A stretch of 64,000 nucleotides of DNA from Eledone cirrhosa (lineage: Eukaryota), in the NCBI GenBank assembly GCA_964016885.1, contig OZ024740.1, positions 96,534,001 through 96,598,000 on the forward strand, read 5' to 3'. Position numbers and translations under genes: made by a program. Position 1 is the first letter of the stretch. Each line of letters opens with the position of its first letter. A model generated the notes under the pieces. The model saw nothing but the letters and a program-made list of their open reading frames with translations. It had not been told where the DNA came from and ran no database searches. Below are positions 1 to 13,516 of the stretch, piece after piece.

Positions 1-1189
1 CTGTTAAATGGATATCCCTCAATTATATATATATTCCATTGACAATGTATGATATTAAAGATTATTACCTACAATTAAACCGAATAATTCAATTTATTTG
101 GCTAGCAGCCAAATCAAATATGGCAAGACAACTCTTCCATGATAAGCTTAGTTCCATTTAATAAATGTGTACCTGGTTTGATGCTTCAGCGTAACACAAC
201 ATAATCAGATTTCTTCTTCAATACCTGAGGTGGAACATCAGATGAATGTTGTTTTATATGAACATTCAGATAGAGAATTTAGAGATTTCTGATTCTGTTC
301 AACACTAACATAATTAAAAGTTTGGAATGTTTTGCTATACCAGTTATGAGTATATGGATGCCATTGTTAAAGTGTACTCCGGGATCATGATTATGAAGAT
401 AATCCATAGAAATAGCCATATTGAGAAACTTAAAATATCAGCAAATATATCCCACAAACAAGAGATAGTAATAGTTGTGGTAGATTAGATAGTATATATA
501 TTTGTTTATGAATAAACCTAGTCAATACATCGGTGATATCAATCGAAAGGAATATGGTATAGAAAAACTTTACATAGGAACATACGCCAACGGAGATAAA
601 ACTGGAGACGCGATATTTTCAAATTTTCCGAGAAGCGATATCATTTGGCTTCTTTGGAAATATTTCTTAGTCAGTGTTATCATTATGTACCTCATAGATA
701 TTCTTGGCGTGAATGTCGTCATCAAACTATTGTCGAAATTCTCGAATTGATCATACCAATTCCCTCTACCATCAAGCCATGCCTCAAGAGTCTGTAATTG
801 CACCTCATATAGAGAAAGTCGGACCAAATAAATTGAAAAGTGAATATATACTTATCTGAATGAAAGTGAAAGCGTTATGATCAATATAGGTATGTCTATA
901 TAAATCCCAAATAGACAGATAATTTTAATGCTGATTACTTGTGATCAAAGCTGAATGGGTTTCACATGCAAGATACATTGACAGAGTTAAGAATATGGAC
1001 AAAGAACAATTATTTCCAGTAGTCATTATAAATTGGAATAGTTTTCACTTACGATATGTATGTTTATTTCTGTGAGGATGACGGTGTTTGTATTGATTGA
1101 TATGTATGCTTATATACATTAATATTTATACCGTTTGTACTAATAATATGCATTTCATGGTTGAAACATCGATTACATATTTGTATATG

Positions 1190-1246
1190 AACACATACAC
1201 ACACACATACACACAAGCACGCACACACACACACACACACGCACAC

Positions 1247-1304
<58 letters not shown>

Positions 1305-1329
1305 GTATATGTGTGTGTGTGTGTGTGTG
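1190..1329. repeat. compound (CA)n/(TA)n/(TG)n microsatellite
   Basis: Directly visible dinucleotide runs; these explain the YI/HT/CV ORFs. Confidence 0.97.
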
Positions 1330-1725
1330 ACTGTTTATATAATAGTATTTTCCTTATTCTAGGAATAACGTGAAGCACGTACTAACAAAAAGAGTCTATG
1401 AATACTAAGGGAATACATATCTGCATATTAGTTTCTCTTCTAATTAGAGGTCATCAAGTATTAGAATATCATTGTCAATTATCTCTCCATAGAGAACTAT
1501 CTCTGTTAGATAGTTGTAAGTAGCCAGTATCAGTGGAACCAGAAACATAGAAAGGGATATTTATTTGGAAATTAAGGTGGTTTACTTATTTTTCATATAA
1601 CAATGGTATATTGAAGTTAAAAAAATACTATCTTCGGTAATGTATTTTTTTCTGTAAGTTAAATATATGTTCAATGTTTCTAATAGAAAACAATTTCTTC
1701 GGCCGGTTACTCAAAGCAATATTGG

Positions 1726-1728
<3 letters not shown>

Positions 1729-1807
<79 letters not shown>

Positions 1808-1810
1808 GGA

Positions 1811-1874
<64 letters not shown>

Positions 1875-1884
1875 GAGAGAGAGA
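1729..1884. repeat. (TA)n(GA)n microsatellite
   Basis: Directly visible. Confidence 0.97.
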
Positions 1885-2204
1885 GCCAATAGTGATTTGG
1901 GTCGAAAACGTTGTTTTCCATTCCAAAGGTTGAACATATAATTAACTACCGAAGATATATTTATATGATCCATTATGCAATATGTTTATATATAATACCA
2001 ATATATTTAATTGTGTGTTGTATGTTTGTACTTTTCATAATGCCACAACTAGGCCCGCATCAGAATAAGAGCTGGGAATTCTTGCATTTCACTGTCATTT
2101 CAGTTTGTTAGCATAAGATTAATTACACCAAGATGCATTGCTATAAAAACAATGCAGAGATATTTGTAGGAAATATTTTTTTTATGATAGCGTGTTTACA
2201 TATA

Positions 2205-3716
2205 TTGCAAACTTGACAGACATTTAGTAATTCAGGTTCCTTGGTTCTAACTATTATTTCCTAGTGTGTTATATCCCATTATTATAAGAAAATACTATTA
2301 TTTATTTAGAAGTTTGGGTTTCTCGTCAAGAGTTCGATATTTTGAAATGTTCATATTTTTCAAGAAAAAACACATTTTTTAAAATGTATCAGTTCATAAA
2401 ATTAAATCAACAGCGTATATATTTATTTTATTACACAGGCTTATCAAAAGCAAACAAGTAAAAACAAATAGCACTTATAAAGTAACTTATACACGTCAGA
2501 AATGACTGAATGTCCTGGATTTTCGGTTGTAGTCCAGGTCGCATTCCCGCACTAGCCCCCAGATATAGTCCCCATCACGTGTTCATTGTAGTGGCCCTAG
2601 TATCTGCGCTCTATCTATTTCACATCTTGGTGGAATCGTTCGCCTTGTTCTTCTGAGTAGGCGCCCATATTGCCATTGAATTCTTCTAGGTGAGCGTCCA
2701 GCATGTGGAGTGTAAGCGACATCCTGCATCCCATGGCTCCAAAATCCTTTATCAGATCCTGCACCAATTGCTGGTAGTTTTCAGCTCTGTAGTTGCCCAG
2801 GAAGCCCTTAAAAACTGCCTTGAAACAGTTCCATACTGTTCTCTCAATCCTATTGAGCTTATTGGAGAACTCGGTAGACTAACACATTCTTTTGTAGTGG
2901 TCAGAGGTGGCTTTGCTGTCTCAAAGGCAGAGGAAGGATTGGAATTTGATAAAGCCTCCTTGGAGTCCAAGCAGGAAAGCCACCATCTTGAAGTCTCCAA
3001 TGATTTCCCAATTGTACTGGTTGTATTGCATAGCTTGCAAGAGGACTTTCTCACTGTAGTAATCTTCCTTCAGGCAGACTGAATGAGCTAGGGGCTATCT
3101 CAGGAAATTGTTTCCATTGTGGATGAGGACAGCCTTCAAACTTGTGGTGGAGCCGTCTATAAATATCCGCCACCCCGTGGGCACAAACGGCACCCCAATA
3201 ACGTCAAACAGTCCAGGCACGTCATGGCAGAAGCAGAGGCCATCCCTAAAAGTGTAAAAACCTGAGAAAGGTTCCTGTCGAGGTCTCTGACTTGTCACCT
3301 GCACTTCCTCCTTGACCAAGTTCCACTGCTTCATCCTGGAGACGAATGCTTAAAACACAACTTACCCCTTATTCAGGGTCCGAAAATCCAGTATCAATAA
3401 ATCTCTTTATTTCACTTTTTAACAATTTTATACATTATTGCACTTTTATAATTTTCTTTAGGTATTAAACTTTATTTTATGATTTTAATTTAACCTGAAA
3501 CATATAGAAAAAAAAATTTAACATAAGCAAATTAAACTGACATACAGCGTTAAAATCCAGCATACAAATAATTCGTGTGAATAGCTTAGAATTTTTACAA
3601 ACCCAAACTTTTAACTGTTTAATAGCATTTAAAAAAAATTTATTTGGGACGTAAGCAACACAAAAAAAGTAATTAGAAGCCAGGAACAGAGAAAGAAAAA
3701 TGTTTGTTACACGGTA
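2205..3716 (-). mobile_element. Internally deleted DNA transposon relic, Chapaev3-like (CMC group)
   Basis: Minus-strand broken frames give WRIFIDGSTTSLKAVLIHNGN, IIGDFKMVAFLLGLQGGFIKF..FLCL*DS and HMLDAHLEEFNGNMGAYSEEQGERFHQDV. Imperfect terminal inverted repeats at ~2205-2310 and ~3595-3716 (both contain gttcct..gg.ttcta and aagtttgggttt). The family name comes from recalled motifs. Confidence 0.7.
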
Positions 3717-3756
3717 TAATCAGAGTATATTTTGATATTTGGCTGAGATTACTGTA

Positions 3757-6700
3757 AAATTCGAGCAGTTCATCGGTACTTCAAAACGAATATAAATTAA
3801 GGTAAAAAAAGATGGTTACATTAATGTAATGTTCCATATATTGGAATTTCACTATGGTGTCCAGGGTATAACTATTGTCTGCCATAGGCGAGCAATATTC
3901 TTCTGCATTATGTGAGATCTGCCTATGGGTAACAAGATGGCCGCCACAGGAATATTTACCTTACTAATTAGAGGGTTGTTTCAGGGAAAGTAACTCCTCG
4001 AGAAATTAGAAAGTGTATGTGGTTTATAGTTAAGAAGTGCTAATGAGTTGAAGTGAGAGACAATGTAAGAGAGGTAATTTATAATTATCTAAGTTAGCTA
4101 TAACTATTTAACTTATTAGCTATCAGCAAAAGTGGGAATAGATGACTATGTTGGGTCAAATATGCTGTTGGCGAAGGAATTAGCAGTTCGATGTTGACAG
4201 CTAATAGTTACCTCCGTTCTATCCTTAATCGGTAGAGTCGTGATAGAGTTATGTAATAGGCTTCGCTAAGATAGATTTCACAAGAGGGTCTTCGTCCATT
4301 GAACGGCTGGGCTCTAGCCAAGATATCCCATGTTAGCGAGTGTTTAACCTTGGTTAATTTAAGGTTTTTAATGAGCATAGCTAGAGATGTCAAACATCTG
4401 TTGCTAGGGTCTCGGAAGGAAAAAGAGTGCGCGTTATAGCGTACCTTAAAAGGGTTAGAGTTAGAGCCAATATAGGAGCTGGTATGCGATGCTGTTTTAA
4501 CTGTGCACCTATAAACTATATTGGGTGTAAGGCATTGTCCGTTTAGTCGGCATGGATTAGGGTAACGGGAGTTGCAGTTACTGCTGCGGTTATTGAGAGT
4601 TGGGCTGTTTAAACTATGCGGTTGGTGCGTGCTAGAAGAGTTAGATGCGGGAGGTATGCTACTAGAGTAAGTATTGGTGTAGTGGCGTGGTGTATTTGAG
4701 ATTTGAGTCTGGCGAGGGGGTACCGCGCTGTGGGAGATATACTGTCTTAGTTTATGATTGTTACTGAATGCCATGTGGCCAGCTAGGTTAGGTATTGTGG
4801 AGAATGAGATGTTAATGTTGTTTTTATTATAGAGTTTGTAATATCTATGGTTGGGGGGAAATGTTTAGATAGGATAGAGAAGAAGCGTTTAGAGATATTA
4901 GTGGTTACGTTAGAAGAGAATGGGGGGTTAATCCAGGAGATATTTCTAGGCCTATTCATTATAGGGGTTCTAGTGGAATTGGCAGGGGCCTTCATAAGGT
5001 TAATATCACCTGGGCTTTGTTATTCAACATCCCATTGCACATTCCTATTCTAGGGTTCATTTTGAGTCTGCTACTTGAATTGGGAAGTAGGCGTCTGCCA
5101 CCATTAATGTGTCTTGTATAGATTCTGTTACTGCTAACATTCCGGCGAATCTGGTTATATGCTAAAGTATTTCTAGTTCTAGTGTTAAGTTTATTATGGC
5201 TGTAGGGAAGTGCTGTGTTATGGCATTTAGGTATGTAGTAAATGGACTGTTCATGACCAGATTCAGAAAGAGCCTTATTATAATATGGCGCATGCTTTTT
5301 AAATATCTCCTCATTTGAGGATAGCATGGAGATCCTATACGAGATAGATTTGATGACTGCTCTGATGACTGACGGTGTGGGGTTAGAGTGTGGGCTAATA
5401 TATGAAAGTATTTCACCTGGTTTTTGATACGGGTAAAATAAATTATTGTTAAGATCTAGGGTAACGTCCAGGAAGTTTACTAATTTATGGTTAGGCTCGA
5501 TGGTGATAGAGAGACCGTTATTTTTAAGATATCTATCTAATTGTGTTTTCAGCAAGTCAATGCCTCGATTAGTGCAAGTATGGACTGCAAATAGGGCGTC
5601 GTCCCTATATATTCCGCTTTGCAACGGTTGGATTTCAGCTCTGATATTATGTAATAAGTAGATTCCAACTAAATCGGTGATTTGCGCAGAGTCGCTTGAA
5701 CCCATAATGATATCGAAGTTGTCTGTTCTGTCTTTCTAGACAAGAATGAACTGTGAATTCAATGATGGTGTGCCTAGCCATAAGTATGATGTCAATCTCG
5801 TTATTGGTTATGTCAGAGTTGGTGCTGGCTAGGGTTAATGCTTGTTTAAGCAGTGCCGGGTTATTGAAGCGTAGTATATGTCAATGTCAAATTGGAGGAA
5901 CCTCATAGATTCCTCGGACCTTAGATCGGAGAACCATCTGATGACTTGGTCGGTGTTGAACCACAGCCTGTTGGTGATATCATCTCGTAGCCCAGGGATG
6001 ATCCTATCGATGATGTTCTTACTGATACGACCCAAGTCACATGTGGTTGGGCTTATAAGTCTAATAGATGGGTTCTCAATAAAGTTTGGCATGTGATGCC
6101 TCAGAGAAAACCTAGGTATTGTAGGTACATAAGTGTGGGTAACTCTATCCACATTCAATTCCTTAACCAGAGACTGGGCTTTTCGGTTAAGTAAATTTAC
6201 ACTGGAGGGTATAGTTTTTTTTATATGTTTTATCAAGTTCCTTAAGAAGGAAAGAGTTGTAAGTTTCAGGAGTCATGGTGTATAAACTTTTGGTTTTGTC
6301 AGACATGACATTTTGTTATAGTTGTTGTTAATTTTGTGAGGAAATTATTCTTGTGTCTATAATGCTTTTAGAATTTAATGCTCCTGACGAAGTTAAATAG
6401 ATCTTTCTCAAAAGGGTCCAGCAGGATGTTGTGTGGGAGGTTCTTGCAGGAGGTAAATCCATATCTGTTTGCTGTACTTCCGGCGTCAGCAGCATTCACT
6501 CGGTCGAAGTGGAAGGCCTTCCATCGTATTCTTCGGATGAAAAAGTTGTCTCTGTATTAGGAGTTTGAGGTTGGTCTTCCTGTCCGGGGAGGTATGGACT
6601 TAAGTGATATCCTGAGTTCCTCTTTGCTCAACATGGTGACGTCTAAAGGTTATTAGCTCAACTATGGGAGCTCGAGTATACACAGGTCAAGAGTAACCAA

Positions 6701-7050
6701 TCTTAAAGAGAGAGATGGAGATAGGAGAGCAGAAGAGAGATTGGTCAATTAGTTAGAAGCCAAAGCGCAAAGGCATGTGCTCAATGTGCAATATGAAGTG
6801 GAAGGCAGCTAGGTGGCTGGGATCATGCAGAGGTTAGGTGCACAGAGCTGGAAATATTCATTAGCTAAGCAAAACAAGACTACAAATTACACAAGCAAGA
6901 CGTTATTAAAAGATTGTCAATGTAGTTTTAGTTTAATGTAAGGAATGTAAAGAATAATAATAATAATACTAATAATGTCCGTTTACAATTATTTCGCTGT
7001 TCCATATAATTATAGATCATTATTGAGGTTGAAGATAATTATCTTAGGTA
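3757..7050 (-). mobile_element. Penelope-like retroelement (Hydra-type motifs), near full length, decayed
   Basis: Start at 6634 (MLSKEELRISLKSIP), then FIRRIRWKAF, NPSIRLISP, FDIDIYYASI, MGSSDSAQITDLVG, GIYRDD, VNFLDVTLDL, WINPPFS and a GIY-YIG-type IVYRC..YIGS..FKVRY..H. Flanking non-coding sequence recurs in nearby copies. Confidence 0.92.
4208..6634 (-). pseudogene. PLE reverse transcriptase + GIY-YIG endonuclease, frameshifted
   Basis: ORF-track pieces 5835-6236, 4992-5705, 4783-4995 and 4208-4774 are collinear RT, thumb and EN fragments. Confidence 0.9.
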
Positions 7051-7054
7051 AAAT

Positions 7055-8799
7055 TTCATTCTCCACAACACCAATACATACTCTAGTAGCATACCTCCCC
7101 CATCTAATCCTTCTGGCAAGCACCAACCGCATAATTTAAACACCCCTCACTCTCACTAACCAAAGCAGTAACTGCAACTGCCGTTACCGTATATCCATGC
7201 CCAGTAAACGGACAAGGCTTTACACACAATATAGTTCATAGGTGCACAGTTAAAACAGCATCGCATACCAGCTCCTATATTGGCTCTACCTCTAACCTTT
7301 TTAAGGTACGCTATAAGGCGCACTCTTTCTCCTTCCGAGACCCTAGCAATAGATAATCGACATCTCTAGCTATGCTCATTAAACAATTTAAATTAACCAA
7401 GATTGAACACTCACTAACATGGGATATCTTGGCTACAGCCAAACCGTTCAATGGACGAATAAACTCTTGTGATATCTATATTACGGAAGCCTATTACATA
7501 ACTCTATCACGACACTACCGATTAATGATAGAATGGAGGTAACTATTAGCTGTCAACATCGAAGGACTAATTCCTTCGCCAACAGAATATTTGACCCAAC
7601 ATAGTCATCTATTCCCACGTTTGCTGATAGCTAATAAGTTAAATAGTTATAGCTAACTTACATAATTATAATTTACCTGCCTTACGTTGTCTCTCACTTA
7701 AACTCATTAGCACTTCTTAACTATAAACCACATACACTTTCTAATTTCTCGAGGAGTTACTTTCCCTGAAACAACCCTCTAATTAGTAAGGTAAATATTC
7801 CTGTGGCGGCCATCTTGTTACCCATAGGTGCATAGCATCGCATACCAGCTCCTATATTGGCTCTACCTCTAACCTTTTTAAGGTACGCTATAAGGCGCAC
7901 TCTTTCTCCTTCCGAGACCCTAGCAATAGATAATCGACATCTCTAGCTATGCTCATTAAACAATTTAAATTAACCAAGATTGAACACTCACTAACATGGG
8001 ATATCTTGGCTACAGCCAAACCGTTCAATGGACGAATAAACTCTTGTGATATCTATCTTAGCGAAGCCTATTACATAACTCTATCACGACTCTACCGATT
8101 AAGGATAGAACGGAGGTAACTATTAGCTGTCAACATCGAACTGCTAATTCCTTCGCCAACAGCATATTTGACCCAACATAGTCATCTATTCCCACTTTTG
8201 CTGATAGCTAATAAGTTAAATAGTTATAGCTAACTTAGATAATTATAAATTACCTCTCTTACATTGTCTCTCACTTCAACTCATTAGCACTTCTTAAATA
8301 TAAACCACATAACATTTCTAACTTCTCGAGGAGATACTTCCCCTGAAACCACCCTCTAATTAGTAAGGTAAATATGTCCTGTGGCGGCCATCCTGTTACT
8401 CATAGGTAGATCTCACATAATGCAGCCTCGACAGAAGAATATTGCTCGTCTATGGCAAACAATAGATATACACAGGACACCACAGTGAACTCCAAATATA
8501 TGGAACTTTACATTCATGTAACCATCTTTTTTTACCTTAATTTATATTCCTTTTGAAGTTCCGACGAACTGCTCCAATTTTACATAAGTTAATTATCTTC
8601 AACTAAACCAGATCAATATTGAGCTATAATCATTTGATCCAGAAACATTATATGGATTAGCGAAACAATTTTAAACGGACATTATTAGTATGATTATTAT
8701 AATTATTCTTTACATTCCTTTCATTAAACTAAAACTATGTTGACAATCTTTTAATGATGTCCTCCCTGTGGAATTTGTGGTCTTTCTTTGCTTAACTAA

Positions 8800-8805
<6 letters not shown>
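7055..8805 (+). mobile_element. Two tandem inverted copies of the 3' part of the adjacent PLE (~7055-7829, ~7830-8805)
   Basis: Near-identical to the reverse complement of ~3760-4680; the second copy restarts at ~7830 (agcatcgcataccagctcc). Confidence 0.9.
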
Positions 8806-8851
<46 letters not shown>

Positions 8852-8909
8852 GATAATAAGTGTAAGGTAATCTCAGCCAAATATCAAAATATACTCTCAC
8901 ATAATGCAA

Positions 8910-9290
8910 CTCAGTCTGCCTGAAGGAAGATTACTACAGTGAGAAAGTCATCTTGCAAGCTCTGCAATACAACCAATACAATTGGGAAATCATTGGAGAC
9001 TTCAGGATGGTGGCTTCCCTGCTTGGACTCCAAGGAGGCTTTATCAAATTCCAATCCTTCCTCTGCCTTTGAGACAGCAGATCCACCTCTGACCACTACA
9101 ACAGAAAGAACTGGAAGCAGCGAACAGAATATGTTGTTGGGACCAGGAACTTTATGTGGGTGCCATGGTTGATCCCAGGATTGTGCTCATTCCGCCACTG
9201 CACATTAAGTTGGGGTTGATGAAGCAGTTTGTGAAGGCTCTCAACCAAGAATCAGCCGCTTTTAAGTACCTTCACGAGTTCATCCCCAAG
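8910..9290 (+). mobile_element. Second Chapaev3-like transposase fragment
   Basis: 8910-9100 is the reverse complement of ~2893-3083 and continues into PPLHIKLGLMKQFVKAL. Confidence 0.8.
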
Positions 9291-9297
9291 GAGGATG

Positions 9298-9908
9298 CGC
9301 TCCAATTTTACCTAGGTTAATTATCTTCAACTAAACCAGATCAATAACTGTTTCTACTTTAGGCACATGGCCAGCAATTACCCAGTGCATTACTGGTACT
9401 TTATTTCATCGACCCCGTAAGGATGAAAGGCAAAGTCAACCTCGGCGGGATTTGAACTCACATCGTAAAGGGACGTAACTATGCTGGAAAGCATGGCGTC
9501 CGACCCTCTACCGATACTGCCAATCAACCAGATCAATAATGATCTATAATCATTTGATCCAGAAACAGTATATGGAGTATCGAAACAATTTTAAATAATA
9601 CTAATAATGTATTAGTATTATTATTATTATTATTCTTTACATTCCTTGCATTAAACTAAAACTACGTTGACTATCTTTTAATAATATCTTGCTTGTGAAA
9701 TTTGTAGTCTTGTGTTGCTTAACTAATGAATATTTCCAGCTCTGTGAACCTAACCTCTGCATGAACCCAGCCCCGTAGCTGCCTTCCACTGCATATTGCA
9801 CATTGAGCATATGCCTTTACGCTTTGGCTTCTAACTAATTCACCAATCTCTCTTCTCCTCTCCTATGTCCATCTCTATATTTAAGATTGGTTACTTTTGA
9901 ACTGTGTG
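9298..9908 (+). mobile_element. PLE terminal-repeat (pLTR) copy interrupted by a SINE
   Basis: Matches 8572-8805 and the reverse complement of ~6680-7050. Confidence 0.85.
9348..9525 (-). mobile_element. tRNA-derived SINE with 14-bp target-site duplication
   Basis: B-box-like gagttcaaatccc on the minus strand; homologous to 46925-47110 and 59215-59398; TSD aaccagatcaataa at 9334-9347 and 9526-9539. Confidence 0.88.
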
Positions 9909-10667
9909 TATATATATATATGTATGTGTGAATGTATGTATGTATGTATGAGGTACTAAATGTCTTTTCTATTCCTGAAAATTTACATTATAGAACAGGA
10001 TTAATTTAGTTCGTTAAAGGTAAGGTACATTTTATTTTAGATATTGATTCTTTTTTGGTTATAGAAAGAGCCGCGATTATCTAATTAGTTTTTGTAGTAA
10101 TGGGCTTTAGCATAAATAGACACTTAAAGCTTTATTTCTATTTGTGGAAATATTTTTATTAGCCTTTTCGGAATTTCATTTCAGAGACACTAGATTAGCC
10201 AAATACCGCTGGCAAAGGACAACAATACATTGTCAGCGAATTAAGGAATCGTAAACCATAAAAATGTTAGATAGTCAACCTACACAAAAATACTGATGAG
10301 AAATCTTTTCCAAATTTCTGTTTTCACATTCAATCAATGAAGTTATTCCGCATCGAAAAAGCAGCGCAATGCAATTCCATAGCAATAAAAAATGAACTAT
10401 TTTTTTTATTCAATTCGTAGTCCTCTCAAATGTGTCATATCCATGTAATCAGCAGCAAAGTGTTGCGCATCTTGCTTTAGGAAAGAAGTATAAAAGAAGA
10501 ACTCATGAGAGACATATTCAACAGAAGGAGAAACATGTGAAAATATCTACCCACAACCAGCCCAAAGCAAACAAAGCATTGAAAAATTGCTCATACCAAA
10601 AAGTGGTAATACAACATCTAATTATATGATCATACCAATTATTTTTAAAAGCTCACCTATATGTAAA

Positions 10668-10752
<85 letters not shown>

Positions 10753-10796
10753 CTTTGTGCGTATAGGTGAGCTGTGTGTGTATATATATATATATA

Positions 10797-11182
10797 TATG
10801 GCGTAACAAGTTATCGTTATAGGTAATCCAGTTACAGGTTGTGAGTACTCTGTGTCGTGGATAGTTTTAACGTGCGGCTTTGTTTGACTCAACAAGATGT
10901 TTTGATAGTTAGGCAACGAGTTTGCGGTAATTCCTAAGTATGTTATACTTGGAGTAATAATAGTAAAAGAATGAAGAGTAACATGGTCGGCTGTACAACA
11001 AGGGGTTTATTTCAGGTATTGATAATTGTTTCATTGATCAGGTGAGTTTAGAGGCTGCTAATCGCTCGAAGTTGTGTCTCTTGATCTCCATTGTAATGGA
11101 GATCAAGTGCCACAATTGTTAATACCTGAAATAAAGACCCTTGTTGTACAGCCAACCATGTTTCTCTTCATTCTTTCACTAT
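10797..11182 (-). mobile_element. Short fold-back repeat, probable PLE terminal-repeat derivative
   Basis: ~70-bp inverted arms (10959-11030 / 11112-11182) between TA tracts; a rearranged relative lies at 54796-55052. Confidence 0.6.
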
Positions 11183-11353
11183 ATATATATACCATTATTT
11201 TTGTAAGGACTAATATATATTCAATATACGTTGTATAAGCGTGTATTTAAAACCATTCGGAGCTTCTTTATTCCTAATCTCTGCGTACAACGTAACTCAT
11301 ACAGAAATCACTAATTTTCTATTTTTTTGTTTTACATTTTAATATACATACAT

Positions 11354-11420
<67 letters not shown>

Positions 11421-13472
11421 TAGTGGGTAATTTACAATTCAAACGAAGTTTTCAACACATACAAATACTGGGGAAAGTGAAATCATGATTCACACCCCAA
11501 ACAAACAACATCGGATTAACATCCATAATCAACATTCAATTCATATTTAGACTAGTATTATTTAATTATATCATTTTGTTTTATCTGTTTACAACCAGAT
11601 TAACTGAAGTCTTGCACTTCTAACTCACATGAAAATTATTTCATTATACTAGCTTATATTAAACCAGAAAATACATCTGAAATGTGTTTTGAGTCATGCC
11701 TGGTTGCTACACTTAGAATGTCAAACGACTACGGAGAGGTTCCAATGACCGAATTCGGACTTGTAAAATCGTTTATAACTATAAACTAACAAATGCGCAG
11801 TTTGGTATTTCCTATAAAATTCAATTAGATATTTATAGTTGAATGCAATATGTAATAGAATAATTATAATTAACGACTATATTTTGAAGATCATGCTTGG
11901 ATAATTTTAGGAAACTAATCAATAAAATGTTTTAAGGTAGGAAAATATTCCGTAGAATAAAATACAATAGTGTTAATTATGTCAATGTTTTAAAGGATTT
12001 GAAAAATGTCCACAGATTGTTTCTGTTAACTGTTAAATGTTTTCGCATAATCTCAGAAATACAGAAGTGTTTACCCTTAAATGTCATGTATGATGTTATG
12101 TAACTTTATTGAATGTATGGACGAAAGCATTATGTGTAAAGGTAATTTAGGAGTTTGCAATACATCACTGAAATGGGCAGATATTATAACTGTTGTATTT
12201 GTAAATTAATTTTAAGTAGATTGGATAACGATGTGCTTCAGGGCTCTAGGAAGACAGCTGTGTCAACTGTTCTACCTTCGATAAAAAATCTGTTTAACAG
12301 GGTGGTAGAAATGCCATGATTTGATTGACTTGTTCATCACATCTTTCTCTCCATCATCCGGGCTATACAGAAACTACTATGGCAGAGAAAGCATCCTAAC
12401 AGAATTATCTGTATGAGCCGTTTGTTATCTATCAAATCAATCACATATTTGAAATGTGGTATCGAAGTTTCTGGCACCTCATGAAATGACTATTATATAC
12501 TAAAGATTCCATATCACTCTTTAGTGTTGATAGATATTATGTATAAGCTCATGGAAAGCCTAGTCGATCAAAACGATGAGCAAATGCATTTTAGTCATAC
12601 GTGTACTGTATGAACACAGATAATATAAGACGTGTGACTGTGTATATTTGCGCATGTGTGTTTGTCAGCTTTCTTCTGATCCACCCTTTTAGATGTAGAG
12701 AACTTCGATTATTAAATCCCTTCACCTGAAAGCCCACAGTGGATTTAAAATTTACCATAAGCACCACTTTTCTATTAACTATATCTAACTCAAGTCTCTT
12801 GACGTTAACCCACACAAATCCAAGCATTTCATGTTAACATATACCATACAACCCATCATAATAAGGAAATATGTCAGCCACCAGACAAAATTAGAACATG
12901 TGTTGATGAAACACATAATTCTTCTCATCTAATCACATATGGGAAGTGTTTTCAATAGACCATTCCCCATTACATTTCTGCTTTGTTTATATACGATAAA
13001 TATAACCCTACGCAACAGAAGAACACGGAAAATAAAATTGTGGATCAATAATGAACAAAATCCCTTTTCATAACAACGAAACTCAAAATAGAAAACTGTA
13101 TTTGATTGAGAGAGCCCAGATACTAAGTTTACACGTCATATCATTAACATGTGAGGCATCAGAAACATTATCTAGTTGCTCTCACGATTCCATTTGTTTA
13201 GTCATACTATAACCAGTCTATATGCTATGAGTGCTACAATCTTTCAAAACATAACTACACATCAAGTCCAAGGAATGTGTTTTACATTGCAGAAAGTATA
13301 GTCTACAGTATCAGCAACGACTTCCTTGTCTCCTCCTTTCAGGTCAGATCACCATGAATGTTCTTACCGAGTCTACGTCCACAAGTCCTCGGTGTATAAT
13401 TAGCGAGTAGATCAGCGATTGTTTCCTAATGAATGCGCGAGCGCACATACACATATATTCATATAAATGTGT

Positions 13473-13516
<44 letters not shown>

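Noticed and set aside
1-850. Possible host exon (ORFs 502-750 and 570-827)
   Set aside because: No recognisable motif; the frames are closed by nearby stops and I see no supportable splice structure.
1064-1973. ORFs rich in YI, HT, CV, SL, RE (here and throughout the window)
   Set aside because: These are translations of dinucleotide microsatellites that lack stop codons; not genes.
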